A DNA stretch of 20,000 bases from NCBI GenBank assembly GCA_013115125.1, contig JABANN010000096.1:55113-75112 (forward strand), given 5' to 3'. Numbering within the stretch: position 1 is the first letter of the stretch; every line of letters starts with the position of its first letter. The notes below the pieces were generated by a model that saw nothing but the letters and a program-made list of their open reading frames with translations, was not told where the DNA came from and made no database searches. Positions 1 through 10,672 of the stretch are shown here, piece after piece. The stretch is from Perkinsus olseni. Lineage: Eukaryota. The translations under genes and the position numbers were made by a program.

Positions 1-48
1 TCGGAAGCACCCTGGTGTGGTTGTTAGTGTCCTTGTATCGCCATCAGA

Positions 49-318
49 AATAAGAATGTCGTTGTGGAATTTGCATCCGCATGTGCGAGGATTAATGATA
101 ATCTTAGTGATGACGCGCCACTCGTGTATGTGCACGGTCCCTAGATGACTTTCAGTTGTGCAGGTCCTGGCCTCGAGTACGGCTGGTCGGAAAAAAATTC
201 TCAGCTCATTCACGATGCTTGTATAGCTTCTCTAGATTCCTTGAACGATGACATAAGGACTGAACTGGACCTGACTTATAACAGTAACAACATGGATGTA
301 GATGGGGAGCTGGCATGA
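49..318 (+). CDS. Probable 3' exons of a spliced hypothetical gene entering from the left edge
   Basis: Acceptor catcag|49 opens NKNVVVEFASACARINDNLSDDAPL. A further open segment ...SLDSLNDDIRTELDLTYNSNNMDVDGELA ends at TGA 316-318. Splice phases are ambiguous and no homology was recognised. Confidence 0.3.
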
Positions 319-800
319 AACCACCCTCCACCTACCGTACTTCTGGAGACCTGCAAAGCCTTGAGCAACCCTTTTACTCGAACTGACGTTGAAACCACAA
401 TTCTCGACGGACAGCAGTGTCCACTTCGAGTAGCAGGAAGTTATTTCATGCTAGAAAGAGTTGAGAATGAAAAAGCACTTGCAGGAGCAGCTGTTCGGCG
501 GCCACTATGATTTGACAGACGTTACTCTGATTGGGCAGTATCTTGAAGCATTCAACTATATCAGTCATTCACACAGCCTGCATGAATGACTCGCAGGGTT
601 GGGCGTTCAATGGTGGCTAGGATTTCTTGAGTAACATAGGCCTAGACTGGATCTCGCTATGTACTACAGTACCCAATGTTAATTAATCACATGAGCAAGA
701 TCTAAACTTATTTCATAAATATTGCACTGAAGGAAACTACTTGGCCGAAAGTAATTCTCCTTGTTTTTCATACAGCTTCTCGCATTGGACAGAACTGTAG

Positions 801-1878
801 ATCAGGCCCGACCGATTCTCACTTGCAGATACAAGATCAATGGTATCAGATGGTCCCTCCGAGCCCGAGGGTTGCTATAGGGCACTCAGCGGTCTATCCG
901 ACTCTGAGTTCTACAGGGCGAATGACGATGCTCATGTCCACGCTCGGCTTGTCAGATTTCCTGTGTCGACGGAACACCAAGGAGAAAAGATTGAAGTTAC
1001 GCTGAAGAACTACCCCTACGGGACTTCACGAAGGAAGTGCAATCAGGTCGCTTTCAAAGTGACCGCAGCTAAGCCCTTCACTACGGGTAGCATAGGGAGA
1101 ATGTTATCCCTGAGTTGACTCTGTATGAATAGCACCCGCACTCGCTCGTCGCTGTTGATGCCCGATTAGAATGCAGCAGAAATAGATGAGAATGAGGTAG
1201 ATCGGGTACTGAGTTGACAGAAAATGCGTAGAGCAGTCGGGTTAATGGGAGTGAATGGGAAAAGGCTTGTGAGGTTGGTGTCGGGGCATGCAGAGGGTAT
1301 ACAACGGAGTTCGACTCGCAATATGAAAAACACCAGCGAAAAAACAATTCACTTCGCGGATACGGGTGAGCCTACATTGGACAGTGTGAAGCGCGAATCG
1401 TTCTGTTGATCGCGTTATTGTGAGGAAGGGGGATGCGAATACTCCAGCGGTAAACGACACGTTCTCTTGACTGTTCTCACGAACTCTTGGCTAATGATAA
1501 TATTCCCTGGTGGCAATATTAGAGCCACGGTTGTACATTTTAGCTACTGAATACAACATTGAGAATTTAGTTTCATGCCGAGTTGATGAACATTGTCGAT
1601 CACGATCTATGAGAATCGCCCAAATCTCAGGCGATGGGTCGGCAATGGTGACATCACGAAAATTGAAGACTGGCCAACACACGGCCGTGTTCGATATGAC
1701 CCCGGAGGTATCACGGGATGCAGGCAATTTCCTTTTGAAGCACGCAGCACGCAATGCAGTGCTTCGAGGAGATTCCTGGGGCTCTTGTGGCAGTTGTGAT
1801 GAGCAGGTACCACAGTTTATCACATTCTCCCGGTCTCACGATGAAGCAACTACCAGGCCAGACGCAATTCACCCGTAA
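801..1878 (+). CDS. Possible multi-exon hypothetical protein
   Basis: Open stretches 840-1085 and 1543-1878 (after acceptor tttag) look protein-like. I could not build a phase-consistent model and recognised no family. Confidence 0.25.
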
Positions 1879-1912
1879 GACCATCCTTGGTAGCCTGTGC
1901 ACTGTCTCAACA

Positions 1913-1992
1913 ACTAATATAATATAATAAGGCAATAATATAATATTAATATTATGGGCAATAATATAATAACTAAGCAATATTAATATTGC
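1913..1992. repeat. AT-rich low-complexity patch with direct and inverted repeats
   Basis: gcaataatataata occurs twice. Perfect palindromes taatattaatatta and gcaatattaatattgc lie in a sharply AT-rich patch within about 50% GC DNA. Confidence 0.7.
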
Positions 1993-2710
1993 TCCACACA
2001 CGATTGGTCCAAGGTGTGTCATCGCTAGAGCACACTCATCATCTCTTACCGTCATCTTTTTATCCTTTTTACCTCTCGTCCGTCCATATACGGACCCTGT
2101 CTGGTTGTTATCGCAGTAGTGCAACGAGATAGTGAACCTGCCTGTCCTGAAATATACAGTATTCTAATTTGTCCTGACATCTTCTATTTCACAACCTGCG
2201 TTCTATGTTTTGTAGAATATCTGGCACGAAGCTTGACCTCCAAATATAGTTTCCCGTTGATCCGAACAGAAGCCTTTCCCCTCCTAGGTATCGTACATCC
2301 AGGTCACTACTTTCTTCACAAGAGAAACTTCGATCGGGTGGGCATTGTTGCGAGCCCGTCTGAACTGTAGAAAATCTAGTGTCACGTCGCTGATGTTCTT
2401 TCAGGCTTTCATCACGACGACTATGATATCCACAGTCTCGTCGAAGACCTTCGAAGTTGCTCTGAGGTAAAGCCCTTCCAAAGTCGGGAGTTGACATGAA
2501 AGTGCGTACAGGCAATTATCGATTCGACTAGTCGAAGACTCAGTGACAGCATCCTAGGTCGAAGGCGACGTGAGGAGGTATCGGAAACGACCCCGCGCGA
2601 TAATACTGACGAAGCCTTCGGGGTAGAGGCCTACCTTCGAGAGCTGAGGGCTATCATTCGTCCACTCGGTGGGAAGAGCTAGGCGGTTTCTCGGCTATTC
2701 CGCTACAGGG

Positions 2711-4786
2711 ATGATATCCCCTCAAGCGGCATCTGCATTGGAGGTGATTGTGAAAGGGATTCTCTTGAATTCTGACTGGTAAAGATTTTTAATGACAGAC
2801 GCGAGTCCGAGGCTTCATTTGATGGTGTTACTGCAGGGCAATCAGTGATCGGAATATAACTATAAAGGAGCTCGGTGACTGTGCGGAAGAGATTGATGAG
2901 CTGCGGGGAGCCATGCAGGTCGGGTTGCAAACAGCATCGAGCTTCTCGGCACTTATGGCGCCTTCCTTATTCTCCAGGGTTGCTATAATTGAGCGATCGA
3001 TCGATCTCACTGTTCAAACACTCAATAACATACACTCGGTTCGTCGTGGTCATAGAGGCATCCTCATACATCTGTCGAAGTAGCACTTCCATCGCTACCT
3101 TTGTCTCAGACGATAAAGGAGGCGCACCGTAGGGACCTCGCTATTGTGGGCAAGGAAAGAGCGGCGGTGGAGCGGAAGCTTGAGCTGTAGAGCTCGCGCC
3201 GGTCTTTTTCAGAGAATTCCGCACTTCACCGACCTGCGGGTCCTAGTATTTCTTCTATCCTCATCAGGGTCGAGCAAGAGAAGGCTTCGCTGAGGCAGAG
3301 TATAGAGGAGCTGAAGCTGGAGTTAGCCCAGCTGGCGCCAAATAGCCAGGATGTCGACAAGGTAGCCGTGGTGGTAGTCTGTCTAATACCAATTGCCGGT
3401 GGAAACTCATCTACATGTTACAAAGAGATCTGTCGAGCGCTCCTACGAGCGAAGGCGACTCTCATTCTGGCTAGTGCAACGAATGACATCAGGACTTTAG
3501 CGAGCTACTGTTGTGAAATGTCACGTCAGTGATTTATATTGTTATATCCGCGCAGCACCAGCGACGAATCAGGAGTATAGCGCGTAGCGTCTCAGGACTG
3601 CCCCTCCTGATGATGCTCGACCTTGGAAAGAGAACAGAAAGAATGCTTTCAAATACCGCTTCCATGATTGCATGTCGCCGAATCTGTTTAGAATTTTTTT
3701 TGATCATTACGAGCTTACTCGGTTCCAGCTCCACTAAATTAGCGACACTAGTTAACATGAGTGGTTTGTCACTCCTACGTATTCAGGTGAAATCCCTGAT
3801 GGATGATTTTTCCAAGTTGATCGCTGCATTTGGAGATGAGGGAGCTAGGCACGGAAAGATCCTGGAGGACTTCAAAGTCTTCGCTCACAAAATGGCCAGT
3901 GTATGCTTCTTCGACGGGGCCCTCGGGAAGACGTCGATTCGCCCCCGCCCATCCATCAGGACACCTCGACTAATATCGCTGCTGCCAGAGCGGAGGATAA
4001 GGAGGGTGACGGCGGAAGACAGGTAGCTGACGATCCTCTTTCTTTCGAGTTTTTCCGGGGGTCTCGCACTCGCTCCCGTTTTGAAGGACGTGTCATTGAC
4101 AAGGGCTGTGCGCTGAGGCGTTCAACAAAAAAGCTAGCATTAATGTTGTGTCCATGATCCAGACCAAACAATCTGGCGGCCAGATTCTGGCCTCGTGTCA
4201 GCTGCGATGCCTCTCTCTCGAATAGTAGTTGTCCTTGTTACTGAGCAAGACTTAGTGAGAGTCAGTGAATTATAACGAGGGTCGAAGAAATATGGAAGCC
4301 GCCACTGTATCCTCAGTTGCAGAGCTACCAGAAGGGGAGGCTCGTTCAATTACAATCGGGCGAGCTGCTCCTCCGGCACTACGACAGCAGTACGAAGAGG
4401 CTTTGTGTCGGCCAGGACCCCTTCTCGCCCTCAGGGGACTTCACAAGTCAACTGTGGGAGTCAGAGCTCACCCAAGTGGACCCTAGGGCAACTCCCTGGC
4501 TGTGCCCATCCTACCTGAGGACCTTCCATCACCGGTACGTGTCTACGGGGGTCTACACATCGGTCTACTCTCTGCAGCGATCGGGCGGTCAACGAAGTTT
4601 GTCACTCATCTCAGTTACATGTGGGAGTCGCTCCCACCGATGAACGTCCATAATCTCGAGGAGCTTCTCCTGCAGATAATAGCAGATCTCCCAATGCTGA
4701 ATGGGGCTCCGGTGCAGAATCCAGTGATTCCGTGTCGTCTTGACAGTCTGACAAGAACCTTATCGAACAGAGACCCAAAAGAATGA
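2711..4786 (+). CDS. Multi-exon hypothetical protein with a coiled-coil segment
   Basis: ATG 2711 follows a ctacag acceptor-like site. Exons read MISPQAASALEVIVKGILLNSDW|AISDRNITIKELGDCAEEIDELRGAM..., ...VEQEKASLRQSIEELKLELAQLAPNSQDVDK|gt (heptad-like) and VKSLMDDFSKLIAAFGDEG...|gt. The last exon ends ...RTLSNRDPKE* at 4786. Some junctions are unresolved. Confidence 0.6.
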
Positions 4787-6760
4787 CGTTGTCATTATGA
4801 CATTGTCATAAGATCATTCTTTCAGAACGAGATAATTTGTATTACGATTTTCCAATATTCCTGAATCAGGAATCCTGATCACAATTACCAACAGCATAAC
4901 CACCTCATTAATATTCTCACAATCATTGTGAAAATTGTGGTGAAGACTTCCGTTCAGATCCCAAAGTTTCACGACTGTATCATTGACTTCACTCTGGCGC
5001 ATTCCGCCTGCCTCGAGGAAGCGGAGCTGAGGCTGTACACGATGTTTCGGTGAGAAGCTAGGGCGCCCCGCTAGTTCGGCGGGATGCCTGGTCGTCCTCA
5101 GCTCGACCCTCGCGTACCCCTTCATGCCGGAAGATGTGCTCTCCGTTCCGCCAGCCGTGCATCTCCTCCGCCGTCTACTGAGAGTCTCTCCCCTCAGCGT
5201 GGTTATCCCCTACCCGATAGCCGCTGCCTGCCTGGCCTGTCTCAAGAGAAGTAGGTGCTCAGCAAATACAACCATCCCGACGGTTTGATGGGAGAGATCG
5301 AGTTCCATGCAGGTATTCAAGGCGACAAGACCCTCCAAAGCGTTATACTTGAGAACGAGGAGATAGAAATCACTGAACTGTGAGCTTTCCGCTGAAGTCC
5401 TAGTTTCTAGACTATCACCTACCGCCAGCTCGTGTGGTACGAATTTCCGCTGTACGATCTGAAGTTTTACGACGTGATATTTTGTGCATCGAAAACGTTC
5501 GAAGCGATTCTGCGCGTAATTCTGATTTACGCGATTTACTTGATTTAAGTGGATTCTGGAACTTAACCAATCCAAGGTTCGTAGTTTAAAACCTCTGGTC
5601 TCCGAGATGGGGCAAGGCGCGGTACCGCGCTAGCGTCAGAAAGCTCGACAGGACCTCACGACGGTAGCGAGGGTAACGCGAAGGCAAACTGTGCCGAGGC
5701 CGAAGGCGATGCTGCAAGTGGCAATCGCGGTTCGTCAGGCACAAGTTGCCTCTCGAAGACCTCGATTAAAAAAAGAAGAGAGCGTCGAGAGGACGACGTT
5801 CGACTTCCGAGCCGTTATCAAGCACCTGATAACTCAAGCCGGTAGTCGGCGTACTAACTTGCTAGCGTGGGGGGGCGCAGTCGGGACACTAGGTGTCCCG
5901 CTGTGCACACAATATAACACGGCATCTCTCCGCGCCGGTTTTAACCTAGATGAACTACCCGTTTATCCGCTGAATTAATTGCTAATAGATGGATCTTTGT
6001 GCTTTGACAGTTTGTTCGCTGAGCGTGCGGGTTGTCTTTCCGTCAGTTTATTTCGGAGCGAAATGGGGCAGAAAAATTGCTGTCTCGTAGGCTTTACACC
6101 GCTTAAAGCCTACGACCACTGAAAACGATTAAATTACACGAGGTCAAATATGGATAACATCTGAGTAATGCTCTCTAGCGTCACGCTATAAATGAGCAGA
6201 CGCAACAAGAGGGCAGAGCGAACACTCAGATCTGGCTCTGCGCGTACATGGGGAAAATCGACACAGCCGCTTCGACAAAGCGTGCGGATCTTCGAGGTGA
6301 CATCCACTCTGCCCCACGTTCTGAGGTGTCCGGATCGGGGCTCCGTACGATGTGTCCGACATAGCAAAAACTTGGTATGTAAGACAACTATTGTGCAAAA
6401 TAGGAACACCTCTACATAGTGGCCACTGTACTGCTTGAGTCAACCAGGTTTGCACTGTACGAATTGCAACTGTACGACTGGAATCTGTTCGAGTTGAAAC
6501 TGTACGGAAGTGCCTTGTACCAATATGCTCTCTACGGGCTACCACTGTAAAATGCGATGCCAACCCCGCCTGAGTACTGTCTCTCGAAGTAGTACTCTGC
6601 GACAAGTACTTCGGGAGAACAGTACGGTCGTGATTATCGGGAATTGGGCTTTTACTGGTGACGCCTTAGGTGTCTCGCTTAACTTCTCTGAGAAGTGTGG
6701 GATACTGTAGTACGCGGCGAGAGCAGTTCTCTCAGGCACACTCTCATCAGCGAAATATGT

Positions 6761-9101
6761 ATGCCCAGCCGAAAGGCATCCCAGGGTATCATAGAGGTGC
6801 GTTGAGGAATTGCAAGATTGCAAGATCACATTGCTTCTAGGACCATAAGGACGTAGTGGCGGACTTAATCATCCGAGCTCTCGCACCGTATTGCCAAGGA
6901 GAGGATGATAGTGAACAACGTCGCATTGAATCAGAGCCGCAAATTTTGAAGGGTTTTGGGGTCCTCAGGCGCCCTAGGGGTACAAGACGGCTACTGGCGC
7001 GTCATGGAAGCGGTAATCCATACACGAGTTCAAAAGCAATGCCCACCCATGTAAGAGGTTGCCGCCATTGTATTTATTGGAGTGATATTCGTATTACTAT
7101 CTCAGTGTCACCTTCTTGCGGCGTTGCGAGCAGCTTTCCGTAGGAGAGGGCTCGGCCGAGCATCATCTAATTCCTGCTGAGGATATGGTGAGCCTCCCGT
7201 TTGCCCTTTTCTCGGCTATAGTCAACCTGATATGAAGAAGGTGGACTGTGGTAGGCTCATGAAGTATTTGCAGGAGCAGACCTCGATTCCGTAGACCCTA
7301 ACGCTATGGCTATGAAGTTCTCGTCCCCTAGCTATCGTATTTCCTACGATTTCTTCGCTTGTCGTTAGATCTCCCCCAATCCGTTCTACTCTAGTTTTGA
7401 GCTGAATGCTATTCTGAGAGTAGTGCATGGTTCTCTGGTCCGTTTTCAACCTACCTCACTCCCAATTCTGAATATTCAGATTGTAGCTCTTCAAGAAAGC
7501 GGTCTCTCCATCGGACCCTTGAAGAATGCCTGCGAACTCTTGTCAGCGAGACTCTCTTCTACAGGAAGTCACTTGCAACCTTCGGTGGCCGACGACGCTA
7601 CAGGTAGCCCCTATCGGCTGATGATGGCACGATTGCGTCATCAGCTTGAGACGCCATCATTCACCTGCGATTTCCTTCAGCTGAAAAACTGCATGTCTCG
7701 AGTGAGAAGGTGCTGGAGAACTTCGGTCCACTGGGAGTTGTGAAGTATCTCCTTTGTGTGCGTGCAGATTGATACCACTCCTTTCACTGCTCCTAGGCAC
7801 TCGCCTCCGGTTTTACAGGTAGAGGGCTCTACTAGTGGACTTTTTGTACTTCTAAGCTGTATTGCGGAGGTTATGACCGAATTGTAGTAGATCAGCTCTG
7901 GTCCACGCTCACTTTTTCGGGGTCCCACTGGAACCGTCCCAGGTTCGATCCTCGGGGCTCTCGTTTTTCGGCAGGTATCGGAAGAATCTGGAGACTGTTC
8001 GAGAGCAGTGGAGTGTAGTCATGGACGGCAGAGGTAAATGGCATTTCAATGGGGATAGGATACATAGCGAATGCAACTTTTCATGAGCCTCATTCTCGAC
8101 GACCTCATTCGAGGTCGTTCATCTTCATCCATCTGCAGTCGCTTCTTTCGACCGCTCGCGCACGCGCCTCGAGTAGTAGCAGCCTTCCTCTCAGCTCCCC
8201 TTCCGTCGGAAGGTTCACCGATGAAGGTAGTAGACTCATCAATGAACATCCCCGACTTGCCGTAGCGCGTCTTCAAGATATCTGCAACCTTGAATATGCG
8301 CGGCGTTCATTGCAGCTGCCAGCTGCTCACGCCATCCTATTCAGTATCAATGACAGCATACCGCCTACGGCGTAGGCGGTATGCTGTGATTGTCACGGCC
8401 TCTGATTGATAGCTCCTACGGCCACCTTAAATGCCCTTCCCCAGCCAGGAAAGCCATGTTCTCAGTCATGTTCTTTCTGTCGGCCTGCTCTTCTCGAACC
8501 CTGGTTCTCCAACCATCAGGTATGCGTCGGAGACGTATTGAAGGTACTCGAAGGGCACACGGAGAAGCAAGAGTCATCAGAAGCCCTACGGAAATTGGCA
8601 ATTGACGTGTAGGCTGCTTGAGGGAGAGTGATGGTTATTCAACTCTGTCCTTACTGAGCGAACCCTCCAGGAGGGAAGGGCGCTACGCTGCTCTCCCAAG
8701 GATGGCATTCCTTCTCCTTCGGGATATCCAGGTATAAGCACTGTGAGGAGCTTGCCTCCGATCTTACCCAGACGGCCAATCCCAGCGAGATTCCACCGCC
8801 TAATGTCGGCCGAGGTGCCCAGGAGAAGCGCACTTCGACCATCACCGAAGACATTTTCGTGAGCTCGCGATCCGAACTCGAATCAGCCACAGCCAGATAC
8901 TTGGATCCTCTGCTTTAGATACTGTCTTTGATGGACTGCAGTGTGCTGCTACCAGATGTAATCTCAGGGATCGTCCATCCCGCGGCCGGTAAGGGCAGTC
9001 AGTGCTACCAAATTAATCACGAAGCGCTGGGGACATCTTGCCGCTCAGTAGGTCCTGTTAAAGGATCGGGAGCTGTCAGTAAAAGAAAGAGTAAACAATG
9101 A
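6761..9101 (+). CDS. Multi-exon hypothetical protein
   Basis: Phase-consistent start: MPSRKASQGIIE|gt..ag|DHKDVVADLIIRALAPYCQGEDDSEQR|ALGVQDGYWRVMEAV. Phase-consistent end: ...ITEDIF|ILSLMDCSVLLPDVISGIVHPAA|GPVKGSGAVSKRKSKQ* (TGA 9099-9101). Many short GT-AG introns lie between. No family recognised. Confidence 0.65.
8353..8387. repeat. 17-bp perfect inverted repeat with 1-nt spacer
   Basis: ACAGCATACCGCCTACG-G-CGTAGGCGGTATGCTGT, read directly. Confidence 0.95.
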
Positions 9102-9761
9102 GTGCTTCAACTGTGCCATGACATATCTGCTGAAAAGACAGATCTGTGGTATTGAGTTGTGGGACGACAGAGTCGACCGGAGAATACTCCTGGACAATAC
9201 GGACGGTGGAAGGTCTGTCTTTTTTTGGGGAGAGGAAGAGCCTTTGGTATATAAAAATTTTATTTCGCGCCGTAATCCCACCGAAACTCGATTTGTGTTG
9301 ATTCTGAGAGGCCGTGTGAATCACACGGTTAGAGTCTAACCGTTAGACTGTCACAGAGTCTGCATACACGGTGCTTCATTCATTATACACATTTGCACTG
9401 TCCCATCACACAATTCCTAAGAGTAGCTATAAAGCTTCTGTCCCTTAGCTATTGTATTCCCTACGCTCTTCCTGCTTATCGTATATCTCCTATCCAATCC
9501 ACTCTACTCTAGTTGTTGAGTAGAACAGTGCACATTGCTCTTGGAATCGCTCTTGAAGACCGCTAGTGTGTAGGATTGGCGTGAAAGCCGGTGTCCTTTG
9601 TACTTTGTGGTGATTGTACCATCCATGTACAGCATGATGTTCCGTCGTTCAGGGAGCCACACACGGACAAACGATGGATATTTATCGGCCACATCACGTC
9701 GGACGTCAGTATCAGATACCCAGTATCTGGAGTATCTGTAACTCATCATTGATCATCATTG

Positions 9762-9994
9762 ACAGCTTGATGAGTCATCAAGCTGTTCCGTGCTGGTTAG
9801 AGAGAGATCTGGTGATTATTCGTGTGCTATAGTCCAGACTGGACTATAGCACACGATAACTGTGCTGTGATAACTGGACTGTCCAGTTATCACATATCGT
9901 GATCCAAAGATGATCCAACTATATTCGGGATCCCGATATAGGACTGTTCCAGTGTTATCACAGCACTGTGTGATCGGCCGCAAGGATCTCTCTA
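9762..9994. repeat. Cluster of perfect inverted repeats
   Basis: Arms of 12 bp (9762-9786), 18 bp (9820-9856) and 14 bp (9866-9894), each with a 1-nt spacer, plus the palindrome TCGGGATCCCGA. Confidence 0.9.
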
Positions 9995-10080
9995 GGATCA
10001 TTGGCTTTTACGCCGTCCGGGATCCCGAGGAAGGTGACAACGAGGTGATGGCTCAAGAACAAGGTTACGACGGGTTAAAC

Positions 10081-10284
10081 TCAGAAGATGTTCTGGGCCT
10101 TCGTGACGATGTGCCGGAGCTCGCTCAGCGAAGCTGTCAACTCGCGGGACGGTCCCCGGTTCGAATCCCAGAAGAAGGATAGAAGGACTTCTTTGTTCCA
10201 TGAGGGAACTTCCCTCAAAGAAGCACTTGCGCTCATCACTGACGAGGAAAACTTGTCGAACAGTTTTGCGAAGGTCCTGTGGTG
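10081..10284 (-). CDS. Possible terminal exon of a small hypothetical gene
   Basis: tttcag|HHRTFAKLFDKFSSSVMSASASLREVPSWNKEVLLSFFWDSNRGPSRELTASLSELRHIVTKAQNIF*. Upstream exons and start were not resolved. Confidence 0.25.
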   Translation of the reverse strand, partial: HHRTFAKLFDKFSSSVMSASASLREVPSWNKEVLLSFFWDSNRGPSRELTASLSELRHIVTKAQNIF

Positions 10285-10672
10285 CTGAAACGAAGTGGAT
10301 CCGGTGTGCGTCTCGACTCTACGTACGCCTTCAGTTGAGAGAAATTATTCGTACGCACGCACACACGCACGCTCGAAATAATCCGATTTCGTTACCATTG
10401 GCAACTTGCCAAGACACCAAAGCCATTAACGCCAGTGTGCTGGTTGAATTTCCTGCAAGATTGTTGAATTTTGTCCAGTGGTATGTGTGAGAGTCGTTAA
10501 CACAATCAGCTCATCAAAAGTTGGACCAAGGGGATATCTGGTCGAGTGATTACAGTGTTACCATGCTGCCACGGCTCAGAGAAAACAAATCAATAAGACA
10601 TGAATCTAAGGAGAAATCTTCGACAAGAACATCTTTCATCGTTGTTGTTAGCGCGACATGGGACGAAGGTCG

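Noticed and set aside
3787-3900. Formin FH2-like look of DDFSKLIAAFGDE...LEDFKVF
   Set aside because: Short amphipathic-helix resemblance only, with no other FH1/FH2 motifs.
4814-5575. Two in-frame minus-strand ORFs separated by a single TAG (possible readthrough or recoding)
   Set aside because: The translation resembles no family and has no convincing start or splice model. Chance or an unresolved intron explains it equally well.
9762-9994. CRISPR array or bacterial terminators/REP elements
   Set aside because: No constant repeat with regular spacers, no shared consensus or U-tracts, and the context is clearly eukaryotic.
10049-10057. TGGCTCAAG, matching the 3' end of the Perkinsus/dinoflagellate spliced leader
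   Set aside because: Only 9 nt match. The upstream ACCGTAGCCAT part and the downstream GT donor of an SL RNA gene are absent.
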